A stretch of DNA of 49,315 nucleotides, filler included, from Sphacelaria rigidula (Eukaryota): NCBI GenBank assembly GCA_964200075.2. It is 2 parts of 2 records of this genome, joined end to end, with 100 filler letters (N's around TTAATTAATTAA, not from the genome) between each part and the next. Parts side by side here need not be neighbours in the genome. Positions count along the whole stretch, not along the records: positions 1 to 24,628 come from CAXNAA020000195.1; 1 more part is not named here. One strand, 5' to 3'. The translations under genes and the position numbers were made by a program. Shown here piece after piece: positions 1 through 13,900 of this stretch. Positions within the stretch are counted from its first letter, which is position 1, and each line of letters starts with the position of its first letter. The notes under the pieces were generated by a model that saw only the letters and a program-made list of their open reading frames with translations, did not search any database and was not told the origin of the DNA.

Positions 1-1140
1 AAATGGACACAATCCCGGGGAGCGGTTGATTCTCATTTCAAAATACGTTCTCATTTTTCTGGCAACCCTGCTTAAAAGTGTGCTTTTGCACATACCCTGT
101 AGGGGAACGGAAGATTAGAAACCCCCCAGAATAGTTTAAGGGAGGTCGGGAGGGACAAGGTCGTCCATACGAAAGTCATTTATCATGAACTTAGGTCAGG
201 GGAAGCACGACTTTTGAGTTGAACCTTATTCTTTTTGTCAACCTGTGACGGTTTAAGAGACAACAACTAGACTAACCAGTCAGCGCTGACTGGTCAGTAG
301 TAGTCTAGGACTGGTCAGTAGTCTAGTTGGTTGTCTCCTAAACCGTCACAAACCCCATTTTCGAGAATCCACTGTTTATTCCTTCAGCGGATGGTAAGAA
401 GATAGGCGATGGCGTAATATCGGGGAAAAGTGTGGTACCAGCTCCACCCAGAGAGTTGATACTGTTGGACGGCAGATGCACTGCTCGTATTTTTGCCACC
501 CTTAACAAGAAAACGTGGATATATTGTAATAGTATAACAGTAGCAGAGCAAACCGCACCCCAAAGGAGGGATATGACAAGCTGATCCTGTGTTAAGCTTG
601 TTAAACCAAGCGGAAGGTTCTCTGTCTCAACACAACAATCCATCTGCTTGGGGGGAAACAGCCAGCCCAAGCCTGAAACGATAATTGCAATCGGTGGATA
701 AGGATGATAGTACAGCACAGCTTGCCGATCAACTCACGTCTGTTGGCTGTGGACTTGAGACCGAGTAGACAGGAGAGATCGATGGGGTAGGTGACGATTG
801 AAAGCTCTTCTTATATCCAAAAGGTGCTTGTAGATCGGTCTGTGGGGCAAGTGACTCGGTGGGGGCGCCAGAAGTTTCAGCAAAAACCTCTGTCGTAGCC
901 ACGCATACAAATGACATACTACAAAATCATTCCGGCGTGTGCCACCAACCAATCAAGCGTTGTCACGCGTGTCCCACAGATTGACTAATCCGACACAGGC
1001 TGCGTCCGAACACAAACTCATAAAAACGCCAATCAGCTGAGCAAACAGTCCAAGTTCTACTTATTTACACAAGGCTTGCACACTTTCAACTAGGAGCATC
1101 ATCTCTTACTCGCCGGGCGTTTGTGAAACGATCGCGATAT
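1..1140 (-). pseudogene. Decayed coding relic of an unclassified mobile element (possible N6-adenine methyltransferase-like segment)
   Basis: Broken minus-strand frames (…RLIGWWHTPE*FCSMSFVCVATTEVFA…QTDLQAPFGYKKSF…, then LYYHPYPPIAIIV…TPSPIF). A short nucleotide match (ggtaagaagataggcga vs ggtgagaagataggcga) links it to the relic near 24280. It is interrupted by a MITE at 244-350. Boundaries are approximate. Confidence 0.35.
244..350. mobile_element. 107-bp MITE with TGT...ACA termini and 4-bp TSD (Ginger-like)
   Basis: ~30-bp TIRs tgtgacggtttaagagacaacaactagact / agtctagttggttgtctcctaaaccgtcaca. AACC is duplicated at 240-243 and 351-354. Confidence 0.8.
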
Positions 1141-1879
1141 TCAACTGTGCTAGTTAATTCTCGTACGCGGTCATATACCATCACTGTGCCCACTGGAGGA
1201 GAGTATATGTAGACCATCGATTTTGCTGCCAATACTTCCGCCACTTGTATGACCACGGGGGGCACTCAAATAATATAAGGGGATATTACTCCTTGTAGAA
1301 GGTACAATTTCCCCCGAACTTTGCAAAAGGTTTGTGGGGTCCGCTCTTGAGTAGGTTGTGCACGAGGCCCGACGAATGTGGCGCGCATCTGCACTTGCTG
1401 TTCGTGTGGTGTCATCGTCACCGGTAGGAGATGTTGGCATCACAAACACACGATAGCCTAAGGTCTATTCTTCTCGCGTTGATGAGGACAATGCTTGCTT
1501 GTCCACCGTGTTCCCGCGTGTTCGAATACTGCGTGTTGGTTCTTGTTGAGTCCGAAGCGCGTGGCGGTACTAAGCTGCTGTCTATGACGTTTCTCAGGTA
1601 TTTGTGGTTCTGGGGGGATTATTATGCGGTACTAAGACATATTTTCTATGGTGTGAATCTGGTGTTTGTCTTGTGGGTAGAGCGTGACAGTTTCACGCAG
1701 AGGCAGCGGCTGTCCTTGGTTGCAGGTATTACGCGCATGTAGGTGTTTCTGCTGAGATCGCGAGGATCTACCCACCCTACCACCCTACTCAGCGGTATGT
1801 ACATGGTGTAATGAAGGGGGGGAGGGGCGAGGGGGAAGGGGGGGGGGCGGGGCGTACGTGGATGTATGTAGTATATATA

Positions 1880-2428
1880 CAGCAGTGGGCGGTCTAACTA
1901 TTCATTTTGTGGTATTTTGTGATTTTTTCGTAATTGGCGATTTTCTTGGGCTTTTTCGCTCACCACCCCCTATCACATCGGGGATCTGAAGATACTGGTA
2001 TCCGCTCCACATTCCAATATAAAAAAATCACCTGTACTCAATATTCAGTGACTTACAGGCTGACCGGTCATCGGGGGTCCTGCCACGTTTCAGCCCAGGT
2101 TCTTACTCTTCTGTATTTACGGTCGATCGAGCCCGTCCCGATCATACTTTCAAACAAACGTACAGTTTTATTTTTTTGAAATTCTGCCTAGTCAGTGCAC
2201 TAGGGCCGAAAAACTGTGTTTCACGGTCAATAACATCCTCCCGATGAACGGGGTGTTTACTCGTTTCGCCCGATAACACCAACAAACACTGAGTTGGGCA
2301 CTGTGTTCCGAAGATCATCTGTTTTTTCGTACCAAAATCTACCGACGCTAGCAATTTCGAGTTCTATCGAAGAGTAGTACGCGAGGAAACCCTAAAACAC
2401 CCCTAAATAGTTAGACCGCCCACTACTG
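1880..2428. mobile_element. Non-autonomous Tc1/mariner(pogo)-type TIR element, ~549 bp
   Basis: 23-bp TIRs cagcagtgggcggtctaactatt / aatagttagaccgcccactactg (1 mismatch), flanked by TA on both sides (1878-79, 2429-30). Confidence 0.85.
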
Positions 2429-3186
2429 TACTTCGAAGTATATATGTGAGAGATTAAGTGTTATCGCAACGCTAGATTTGTAATGCTCCGAGATACGGCT
2501 TGAAAGCGTGTTCGATGCGTTGTGAAAGATACTCGTGTCGAGGGAAAATACGCCAGACGCGAAGGGGGCTATTTGTTGGTTGACTAGTTAATGAATATTT
2601 CTTTAATCTCAAGGGGGTAGAGTGGCCGTTTCTCAGCAGTGTGTACTTCGCTTCGTCTTTTCGGAAATGGCGACATTCGATCTTCGCTCTCCTGCCCCTT
2701 CTCGGACAGTGTGGCCTTGATCATTCGTCTATCACGCGAGCGAGGGGATCAACCGAAAAGAGGAGAACAAACAATAATTTTGCACTTTATATTGACGTGT
2801 GTCGTACATTTTTACGGCAAAAACACACGAACTTTGAAGACCCGATATCCCCAGAATCGTGAAGCCGTATGCGAAGCGAGTTTACGCGCTATCATCAGTG
2901 CACCTGAAAAGCAAGCAAATTGCCCCAATAACGCGTATACATGGGACGTTGAATTCCTCGCTGATAGAGGCGTAACTCGTGCATATACGCCTATACCCGC
3001 GTTTACCCGCGTGTGAGAGCGGCCGGGGTCGTCTCGCATGTGCGCGTATGCAAAATATGCTATTCGTTTTTCATATTTTATGTGATATTGGTCATACCTC
3101 CCGCGATGGCCAACTGTGAAACAGAGATGGTCCTGTGCGAACGTTCAGGTCTTCGAAGGATTATGTGCACAAACTTCAATACATAC

Positions 3187-4342
3187 TGCTACGGTGTTGG
3201 AAGAGAGGATCCATATCTTGGTCTTCGGCGTTGCTGACGTCGAAACTGCTGCCCGAGTCTGGTTCACGCCGGGGTTGCCTGGTACTACTATACTGCACCG
3301 CATTCGTCATCGTGCCGATGAATTCCAAAAAAACATTGTAATCTCTTTTGCGCATACTCCAAGCTGGTTTCTGATGGTGCAAAAGCACGTCAACATAGAT
3401 TTTAACCGGGCGTGGGGCCATCTGTAGCCAGCCCTACATGCATTCATGTATATATGTGGTATGGAGCATATCTGGGCATGTAAACTAGGGTACATTGATG
3501 AGGGACAACAGTAGCAGTCAAAGAGTTTTTCGAAAGTGCAGGGAACCCGCCAAACGAACGCGGAATCCCTCAAACAACGATAAACACGTCTTCGGTACAC
3601 GCACCAGCCCCCTCAAGGGTCCTCGACCGTGGGGTTCCTTGCATTATTCTGTCAGCCACGAAACGAAACCACCAACTCATCTTTCCCCTCTATGGAAAAG
3701 CACGTACCCTACTTGGCAAACCCAACACTACATACATCTCCTGGGCAATGTGATTTGGTATGTCGCAATCATCCATCCCATCTTATGTTCACCCTCAGTA
3801 TTCCATCTACAAAATAGTACCACGCCTATCAGTCGTTACGGATCTAGAGAAAGGACCTGATCGGAACATTTCCGCCGCCGAGCAAACTTGACTGATCTCA
3901 TATCTGGTGCGTTCGGGAAACCGACATAACTCAACTTCCACGGGTAAGTCTGGCAGAGCCCAGACGGTGGTAGCAGCTCTACGACCCTTGTTGCTGTTCA
4001 TGAGCCAATCACACGTACAACATTCCACATGTACGTCGTTTGGTATTCATTCCTTGCAAAACACGCACATTAACTTCGACTATCATAATTCTATGGTTTT
4101 CCCAGCCGAGTGGTGAGGCCAACGTTACAGTATACAACCGCTGCAACTACTGTAGGCTTGGGGATGCGTTTTTTCACATGCACAGAAAAACGTCAACGAC
4201 GTGCCCGAATGTCTAGTGTATATTGTCCATGAAAAGATGAGGCCGGGAAAGCGCTGAGGCAATACCTGAAATACCCATTTCGCACCAGCAACGAAACAAC
4301 ACGCGCGTCGTCGTCAGCGATGTGTCTGTGGCTCCACCCCAT
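3187..4342 (-). CDS. Possible small spliced gene or gene relic of unknown function (candidate exons 4266-4342, 3857-3986, 3187-3421)
   Basis: Three GT-AG bounded, phase-compatible open segments (MGWSHRHIADDDARVVSLLVRNGYFR / VVELLPPSGLCQTYPWKLSYVGFPNAPD… / MAPRPVKIYVDVLLHHQKPAW…). No recognisable domain, and the 3' end was not resolved. Confidence 0.3.
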
Positions 4343-4705
4343 GTTGACTCTGATCGCTCGTGGAAAACGCGCCATACTATTACACTACTGCTGATATTCA
4401 CAACACCTGGCTAACTTGGATGGCGCTCCGAGGGCTCTGTGATCACTCCACGCGCCTCCATCAGACTAGTGCCACAGCCCCTCCGCGCGGCATTGTCGAG
4501 GGATAGTGACTTAACCGCTACTTTAACGAAACGCTGCTAGCATTGTCAATGGCCACCCGACCAGTAGTCTGTAACCTGGCGCGAATCCAATCATTCCCAG
4601 CGCAAAACATGAACAATCAGCGTACTTCATGCACACGTATTACACCCTGCCGTCACCCTACTCTACTAGGCACCACCGCCTCCGCTCTCCCCTACCAACA
4701 GAGGC

Positions 4706-4921
4706 CTATGGGACCTTGACCGCCGGTTTTCGAACCACTCGCCGGCGACGGCCTAAACTGGCCATCTGTTCTCTTCTGTCCCGTGCTTTCGACTCGCGGA
4801 ACGTTTTGATGCACTCGTCTACTCGCCCCTGGGCCTCGTCAGCCACCGACGGCCCTCCGAGCCAGTGGTGTTCAGCAGCTTTTGCCGCGGTGACACGGGT
4901 ATCCGGGGACACTTGAAGCAA
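4706..4921 (-). CDS. Kinase exon 10 (subdomain XI, basic C-tail, stop)
   Basis: acacag|LLQVSPDTRVTAAKAAEHHWL…GRRRRVVRKPAVKVP*. Confidence 0.9.
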   Translation of the reverse strand: MLQVSPDTRVTAAKAAEHHWLGGPSVADEAQGRVDECIKTFRESKARDRREQMASLGRRRRVVRKPAVKVP

Positions 4922-7900
4922 CTGTGTATGGCGAAGTGCACAGTGTTTCGGTGGGGACAAGTACCCACCCGCAGGGGAAGAACGTAGGGGGCCGAGGGGG
5001 TCAAGTGGTGTGAAATGAGTACCAATATACACAGGGTTTCGAGGGGTAGGGGGGGGGGCGTACTCATTTGTTGCTTGCCTTAATCGTTTGACCATTGCCT
5101 ACTCACCCCTTTTGAGGCAGAGCACCGTTCCTACTCCTAATAGAGTTTCGAGGGGGGGGAGGGCATTTGGTGCCCTACTTAGAAGCGCGCTACTTGATAC
5201 TAGACTTCTTGTCTACAAACGAGGCAGTCAACCCTGCATGGTTGTGGACCAGAGAGAACGTATATCTATATGAGTAAAACATATATGCCGAGTGGCAATG
5301 AGGAGGGATACAACGGCTGAAGAAGACATGATGGCGGGTGTGGCATGCGCGTCGCCCTGGGCAGAATAAGTGGCATCATCAACACTTCCCCGTACAATAT
5401 GCAGAAGTGAGGACATCCCCTATTGATTGCTGCCGGTAGAAACAGCGCATGGTCTCAGTCGTCAGGATGAACTAGTACGCTACTATTTCAGCACTAGCAG
5501 CAGTAGTATATTTTATCTAGCGAGCTGCGTTTACTGGACCTCTCACCGTGGCAATGAAGTCGGCGCCAACCGTGTCTATGCGCGTCTGATCGACCTCATA
5601 GCACCCGATCGAAATCCTGGACTTCTCCGCATTGTCGTAGTCCTCATCCGTCAATACTTCCCTAGTATCGCAAGAACTATCTTCGGTGTCTTCGGTATCA
5701 TTGTTTACCACACCATCGCTCTTGCCACGACCACTCATTCCCCCTTCTTTGACTCCGCCCGAGACCTTCTGCGTCGCCTCCCAGCTGCAAGTGAGCCGTT
5801 GTGGATGTTTCGGGTATTGCCGTGGTGGGGGTTGAGGGCGGGTAAAGAGGAGTGGGGAAGGAGTGGAGGGAGCGTAAAGCGGTTAACGGGAGAGACGAGA
5901 GGCAGCTAAAAGCGGTGCATGTGGGTTGAGGATGGAATGGAACGTTTCTTCAATATCAAAAGAGATCGTCTTCTCGGGGACAATCAAAATCACGCCCAGT
6001 TTCTGGCCCTCAAGTGCGAAACATGAGAAATACTGAGCGGCAGCATACGTATGCAGGCTTTGCGTTGACAATTGCTGCCCATGTTTCATCGCACATTTCT
6101 CCATCTCTCACCCGTCCGTGCAGCCGAGCGAGCTCACTACACGTTCGACCTTGACCCTAGATTAATAAATCCAAACTGATGAGATGAAAGCCAACGACCT
6201 GGGGTAGCGTTGACTCAATGCCCGACTTCAATGTGATGATTGGGTACCGGAGAAAGAGACGATTAGATTCCCCGACACTTTAGACTCATTCTGAGGATGG
6301 AGGGAAGTGCAAGCACGACAAAATGAAGCGGGAAAAAAGAGAGAAAAGCCGTGTCATTTGCTCAGACTTTGTTTTGGTGCCTAGTTTCGTTCAAGTGGTT
6401 GTACCAAGAACACAGCCTCCACATACCTAAACGGCGTGAAACCGTGCAACATCTCGTATAGCACGACGCCTGCCGCCCAGATGTCAACCTTTGTATCGAG
6501 GTCGGCGTCCTCGGACAGCACCTCGGGAGCCAAGTACGGCTGTCACCCAGCGTTCATATACCGCAGTAGCAAAATATGGCACAATATGGGGCAGGCAAGT
6601 ATTAGATTCGAGCGGCGCGGGGTGGTAGACGAAGCGAAATGATTACCAGCTTGGGTCAGACGATTCGGCTCTAACTTTCTCCCCGAAAGCATCCAAGCTG
6701 AACTCTTGTTTGACCGGGAAGCCAGGTGCTAGAACAAGACTCCGAGCTAGGCACAACAGCAGGCACACGGCCGGTCAAAGTCACGACTACCGAGGTCACA
6801 GGTACACACAGGCCGTGGAACACGTGAGATCCCACAGATCGCATCCCCAACTGCCAGCATCTCCAGCCTGCCTATGTCGGGACTTTCGTTTAGGATCTCA
6901 AAGCCAATAGGATGCTCTGCTAAATCGACAGGAACTACAGCAGCCGATTCTCAGAGGAAAGGCCTCAGGACTTGAAGGAGCAACGGATAGCAGACGAAGC
7001 GTGGGGAGTGGCGTTTGTGATTGCCCTTCGATCCGAGATGTACGGGTAGAACACAGAAGGAACACCGACGGAAAGTGGTTCGCCGACAGGCATGCAGAGA
7101 TGTCTTACCAGGGTCCCCATCACTGTTGTAATTTCGTCGTCGCCCACTCGCTGCGACGCTCCGAAATCGGCAAGCAACACACGTCGCTCAGCTCCTCCTA
7201 CTCGATCGTATTCAGCAAGTCAAAACGTTCATTCGCGGTCTCAAAAGGTGCAGGGTACGATCGATTTGTTGGTGAAGTGAAAGAAGAACACCCCCCGAAA
7301 AATACAGAGATGAAACTATCGGTTCGGTTTTCCTTCTTCACGACATGGAACGTGCAGAAAATAGGCTCACATTTTTCTGTCCTCAGCGTGATTGGGAGTC
7401 GAGATGAAAATAACATGGTGTTTTCATTCCAATTGCATTCAACTACGCCTTTGAGTGCGGGCAGTCGGTGATGGATGGGTGTGACACAATCCACCGGCAC
7501 GTAAGCAAAGGGGGGCGTCTTCCGCCACAATTGATCGACCGACACCTAATCGATCTAATGATCTCTGAAACAACCCACCACTGCAGCAAAGATCCGGCAG
7601 TCAGCGGTAGGGATGGAGGCGGGTGATACCTAAACATTACCGACCGCGTCCGAACCCATCGCATAGGGAGTCATTCCCCACAAATTTCATCACTGCAGTG
7701 TGAGCAACGCATACCAACATGGTCTTATATTCTTGTTCGGGATAGTTAGGAACGACAGCGCTTACCCGTCAAGAGCAGATTCGCCGGTTTTACATCGAAG
7801 TGAATTATGCTCTTGCCGTGCAGGTGACGTAATGCTGAGAGCATCTGATGCGTGATGTGACAGGCCTCCGCCTGGCAGAGCGGTTCGATCTGACCACCAA

Positions 7901-10900
7901 ACGAGCAAGCAGTACAAAGTGACACGAAAGGCAGAGAAATGAGGATGTAGGATAGCGGAACTTGTCATTTCTCACGGCGGTGGAGAATCACTGACTATTC
8001 TCTCGGGGGTGCACATGGCCCAGATCACCGACACGAGGAGATGCGTGCAGCTATTTAGTGCCCTCGGCTAGAGATCGTGCTGTGCCTTCCTCTACGAGTA
8101 TATATTTCCGGTACAGCAGACTGGAATTGATTATTCGAGTTCGCCCGATATTTCGAAACCGCTGCACACTGGCTCGATAACCATGCTGAATTCAAAATTC
8201 GCCTCGTGTCTATTGCCATAGCATTATTGAGCAATGCTACGGTAGGGTTGCACTTTTTGAGCGAAATCTTGTCTGGGTCAGGGGCGCCTCAAGATTCCAG
8301 ATGCACAAGAATATGGGTCAGGGTAACCCCGTTTGCAAATTCATTCGGGACATCACTAGCACATTGCAATATTAATCCTGGCACACTCACATGTTTATAA
8401 CTCGTGTTTTGGATGAGATAGAGGGCTCCTAACAGTTCAAACCTCAAAAAAAAATCGTGCACCCCCACCGTAGCATCCCTCTATTAGTTGATGAATTGAT
8501 GGCATCTCGTCCTGCAGGCTCAGGTAAAAACTATTCAACATAGGCCTCGATAGATTCAATCCACCGTGCACATTGAACGGCCGGATTCCAGGGCGCTTGT
8601 GGTCATGATCATGAAACATCGGTACGCTTACGACGGCTTCCAGTTTGATAAAGAAAGCTGTTCCTTTTGAGAAATGTCTTCTACTGGTTCCTGTCGCTCC
8701 TGCAAGTTCCTGATCTTAAGTTGACACTGACTACATTCCGTACACGAAAGTATGCAAAATGACATTTCTCGACAGCTTTCAAATATCAGTAACTTGCCAA
8801 AAATCCAGTTCATCGACTTTCACTCAACGTCGTATCAGAAATGAGGCAGTCGGTCGCGTCCGAATCGAGAAAAAACAACACAGAGAGCGATCAGAGTAAG
8901 AGTGAAATCATTAGAACCAAATCCTAGAGTGGATACGACACGGGTGGCCACTGGGGTCTGTAACCTGGCCATTTTGGGATCTTATCCACCTTTGGCAAGG
9001 TCCGCGGGTTGGGTAGACAACTGAGGAGCATTCGCACAGCATGGACAGGTTCGAAACAAAAGATGTCCCAGTCTATAGGCGGGTGACTCCCCTGTAGACT
9101 GGAACGTGCTTTGTTTCGAACCTGTCCATGCTGTGCGAATGCTCCTCAGTTGTCTACCCAACCCGCGGACCTTGCCAAAGGTGGATAAGGTCCCAAAATG
9201 GCCAGGTTACAGACCCCAGTGGCCACCCGTGGATTGTGGACCCGCGATGCACGGTGAGACCGCAACTCGTTCATCTTGGGCCAAAATGATGAATGAATAT
9301 CGAAACATATTGTAGTCTACCATGATCTCTTGATCATCAACTTTTAGAACGAGAGGTGCCGATTCCAGCACGAAAATTGTCTATCTATACCAGGAGAAGA
9401 TGGGGAAAACCAAACCTTACAAATTTCCCCCGAAAGGGAGCTGCGAACCATGTCTCTTGCGGTGTGTTCGGCGCCTCCTCACAACAAGAGCCTGAGCACG
9501 CTGATCTCTGGATCGGCAGAGGTCTCAAGGAATGCTTTATGCGTGTGAGATCTTCACCACGCCAGCGCACATTAGTACGAGAACGTCCTGCCAAGTCTTG
9601 GGAGCGTTTGAACGGAAAGAAACACTTCTACTGCTCCTCCAACCGATGCCATACTCTGGGTATCTACAGTGTCATGTATACTAAAGCAGTACTAGTTGCT
9701 GATCTACGGGATGCACGGTACGAAAATTGCCCGGGCGAGCGTGCTGCACAAATACTGGCCCACGGGAGATGATACAATGAATGTCAATGATCGTCGATAC
9801 AAACAGTAGCATTGTACAGGGCGGTACCTTCAAGTACTACTATGAAATCAGTGACAACACTGGACATAATGTGATCGACTTTCGCATTTCATCGCCCGAT
9901 ATTGGAGTTAGCGTACCTGGATAACGGTTGAGACGTCCGTGTCCGCGAGCGGCATCATCAAGTATGCCCTGGGGAGAACACCAAATTTGAAGCACCAGGC
10001 AACATTTACGGTAGGCAGGGTTGTTTCAGTCACGGGGGGGACAGACGGCATGCGAGAGACAGGGGCAGACTGCGCAATGAGTTCGGCTAATGGCTACATT
10101 CATCAAGCAGATCAATTGTACATGTCGTGAATTTCTGCGCGAACCCTACGACCGCACAAGAGAATAAGGCAACGTGTATCTAGGGCTGAGATTGATGAAT
10201 TCATTGATTTAGCCATTAATCGACCGGTTCGGTTGATTGATTATCGCACACTGACGGATGTAGTGATTTCCACTCGTGATTGCACAGGCTGACTTACGTT
10301 TTATACCCCAAACTCGTTCATCCGCAAATATTCACGCCGATTCTTGGAGTTAGGATCTGAAAAATTTCGCAGACATGGTATGATGCATTACGACGCTTGT
10401 AATGGACGGTGCTTTTCCCTCGCCACTCATCGGAGGTCCCACGTACCTGGGGATTTGCATGTCTTTCTGGGACTCCAGAAAACCGGTGAAATGAAGCAGA
10501 ACCGAAAACCGCCGTCCAGAAAAAGGTTTCGTATTGCCCATAGCATATGTGTGCAAATGTTCAGAGTCTAACTCAAAGCATCGGCGTGAATATTCGCCCC
10601 TTTATGCAATAATTTGAGCGTGAAAGTTACAAGCTCTCAACTACTTGGGTTTACTACAGGAACGAGCTTCTAGGGTACGTTTGACAAACGACCCCATGGC
10701 ATCAGTTTCTAAAGTTACAGGACGCAACTTTCTACAAATGTTTCTCGAACGACCCCGGGACGCGTCATGATTTTTAATCATTTCGAAGCATTCTGTACTG
10801 GTTTCCGGAGGTCTCGGCACGAAGATCCCCGGAAGCCGGTAAAGAGTGGAGAAACTTGAAAATATATTCCAAGAATACATTTTCCCATTCGGAGCACCAA

Positions 10901-13900
10901 AATGTACCGAATAGCGAAGTGTGGGGGCAGTCAGAGTCTTTCTACGAAATTTACAAGTGATATGAAGGAAACCCTCGGGAGGCTTTCTTGGTCTTTAATG
11001 CATATGATAGAAGAAATCCGACGACGTCAAAACCCCACATCTTCAAAATACCCTGGTTGTGGATGTACTTCGACCTCATAGAAGCCGTATTCGGATATGT
11101 TTTTTCCCCTTTAGAACCCCGAGATGATGTCAGTTACTATAACTTGAAGCATGCGGTGATTGGGTAGATGTTGTCTTGAGAATTTGTAATATTTGCTTTA
11201 GAGCAGTTCAGGGCTGCTGATTGGTCGAGGTACCTTTCCTCCGTAACGCCACCGGTATAGTCTTGAACAAAGCTCCAGCCATGTCACCCTGTTCAGTTTT
11301 CCGTTATAGTCACTATGATACCATGCATGCGACTATTGGATAGGTACCGCGGAAGGCATTCGCTGGTTAGTCAAGTGTGGGTCGAATGTGTGAAGTAGTC
11401 TATAAAATAGACGCAACGGAGGGCTTTATAACGGAAACACTCAGTAACAAGAGAAGCTTGGTGATCAAAACAACATAGGTAGGAACGCCGCGACGGTAAC
11501 AGAAGTAAAATAAAACGACATAGGAAGGATCTGCAGATTGAAAACCCCACTTTGATCCTGCGATCGAGTTTAGCTTTACCCATCGAATATCATGGAACAG
11601 AGTCTTCCATGTACGATACTGTGTGATGGCAGCCAACGAAGCAGACGAGTGCTGCACGGTTCGCGTGTAAGGACGTTCAAGCGTGTCATGGATTCTGCTC
11701 AGTCGAGAGATAGCTATGCAGCAGTACACGGCAGTCAGTCGTGCGTATTGATCCCTCGACGACATCCTCCAAAGCTTTTTGTTCACACATGATGATTTTA
11801 TGCTCCTGTCCCCCTTTATATAGACATACGCTCCCCCATGCTCCGTCTCGAAAGGGATGCGTGGTCAATGGCCAAATGGTGAAGGAAAGCAACAAATGAG
11901 TACACCCCCCCCCTTACCCCTTGAAGGTTTGGCGTTGGTTGGTGACGACGCGGCAAAACACGCCACTCCCTGCGTAAACGAAGCAACCACATTACCGTGC
12001 TTGGTTGCGCTTGCCCTTGTTTTGCGGTAACCATGATGGTGATGGAGCTAGATCATATTGTGCGGGGTGGGAGAACCTCAACTTCACGCCAAGGAGACGA
12101 TCATGCTACGCAGTGTTCAAATGGTCAGACACCCTTGAGGCCTTGTAACGAGTGGCTGTCGCTAATATTGGCGATACCAGAAAATGAAGCAAATCATTCG
12201 AGGCTGTCAGCCATACGCAAAACAACCAGTACGCTTCGGGCGTAATGATCTTAGCAGGATGAAGATCGCTCCTTATATGCGAGTCGACGAACACATCACG
12301 GCGCTTCGGGTTTGGTGCCTGTGAGCCTGGTCCGTCGAAACCCTGGCGTGCCCCGTCCCGGCTTCGTGGGGATACGAGGTCAATGGCCATATGACTACGG
12401 CATGTAAGATCATGAGTACACCTTGCTCCGCGAGTCTCCCTGCTATTCCAGCGAGAGATTTCGAGGGCTAAACGATTGTCCAGCGGACGAGCGAGGGGTA
12501 TTGTCCACCCCTTTGCCCTTCACAATCATCAGTCCTCCAACGTGTGGGTCCCCACCTCTACATTGAACAATAAAAACACCACCTGATATGAAAATAGTAC
12601 GGTGGTGAAATTCGGTGAGGTCCTCCATCATGCTTGTGGCCAGCTAAACTTCGGCGAGCGAATTCTTTTCTTCGCGGTGCTCGCGGTTGGATTCGAAATC
12701 ATGATCCTCAGATCCTACGGTGTACCATGTGCGGTTCGATCGCCGACGCCGTGGTAAAAAGGATGTTGCAGTCCTCCACAGATTTTGAGGAAATTGCATC
12801 CTTTCAAAGGTACTCTCGATAGTGGTTTTTTCTACTTTGCTAAAATGTACAATCCAATCCAATCCAATAATTGCCCGGTAACACCAGGATTGTTAAATGT
12901 TCTTGACCTTCTAGCCTCATCGTCTATCTCGTTTTACTTCCGGTTGAGAGGTTTTATTACCTCAACCCTTCAGTTCGTGATATGTTCCGATCAACTGCGG
13001 CGCCGGATGCTGCGGCCAATTCCAAACGACGAAATTACAAGAATGCACCATATCTGCCATGAAGGATACACACGTATCCGCGCCTACCTGAACATCAAGA
13101 CCCCGGGCGTGATTTGCATGTACGCCGTGGAACATAGAGACCAGTGGTTGACAGGATGACAAACTACACGGCTTGTTTCGCAAAACTTCAGCAATCTTTT
13201 ATCTCACATTTCGGTAGTCTTCATGTACCCTACTGCTTCCACCACGTTAGGATGGCCGGCGCACTCGGTGAGCAAGCCCAGCTCGCGGGTAACAACATCG
13301 TCCTGAGCAGGAAGCACCGACAGAAGGCACGCAAAGATAAGGAGAATTGAGCTAGGGAGAGACGTGCAACATTCCCCTCTGTTGATCTGAGCGACCAGTG
13401 ACAAGACCCTGTCCGCGAAGAGCTGCTCACAGCGACAGAGTAAAAAGTCTCTCGGGGGACTTGTCGCTCAAGCATGCACGGTAAGGAGACCTTCGAATGG
13501 TCGACACATTTCTCTTCTAGAAATTTCAGGCCCTACTTCCTCAAACCCCGAGAAAAAGATGCAAGAAGGTCACCTTCCTAACAGCCTGGACGTCCCATCC
13601 CTGATTGACTCACACATGGGTTTATTGAGATTTGTTCCGGCCATAACATACAAGCGGCGACGAGTTGGGTATCAATGTAGGTATAATCACTCTTGCTGCG
13701 GTGTCAGCAACATACGCACCAAACTTCAGGACAATCGTGCCAGGTTTTTGGGCATGTTGATTAATCTTTGTATCAAACTGTCCTTCAACTGTACCCTTAC
13801 TACCTTTACCAGGTCGTATTCGGTGTGCTTGCTCGAACAGGAGAAGGTGCCCAAAATGCCATAGCGTTAACCAGAGCACGCTGAGCACTCCGGGGTGGCT

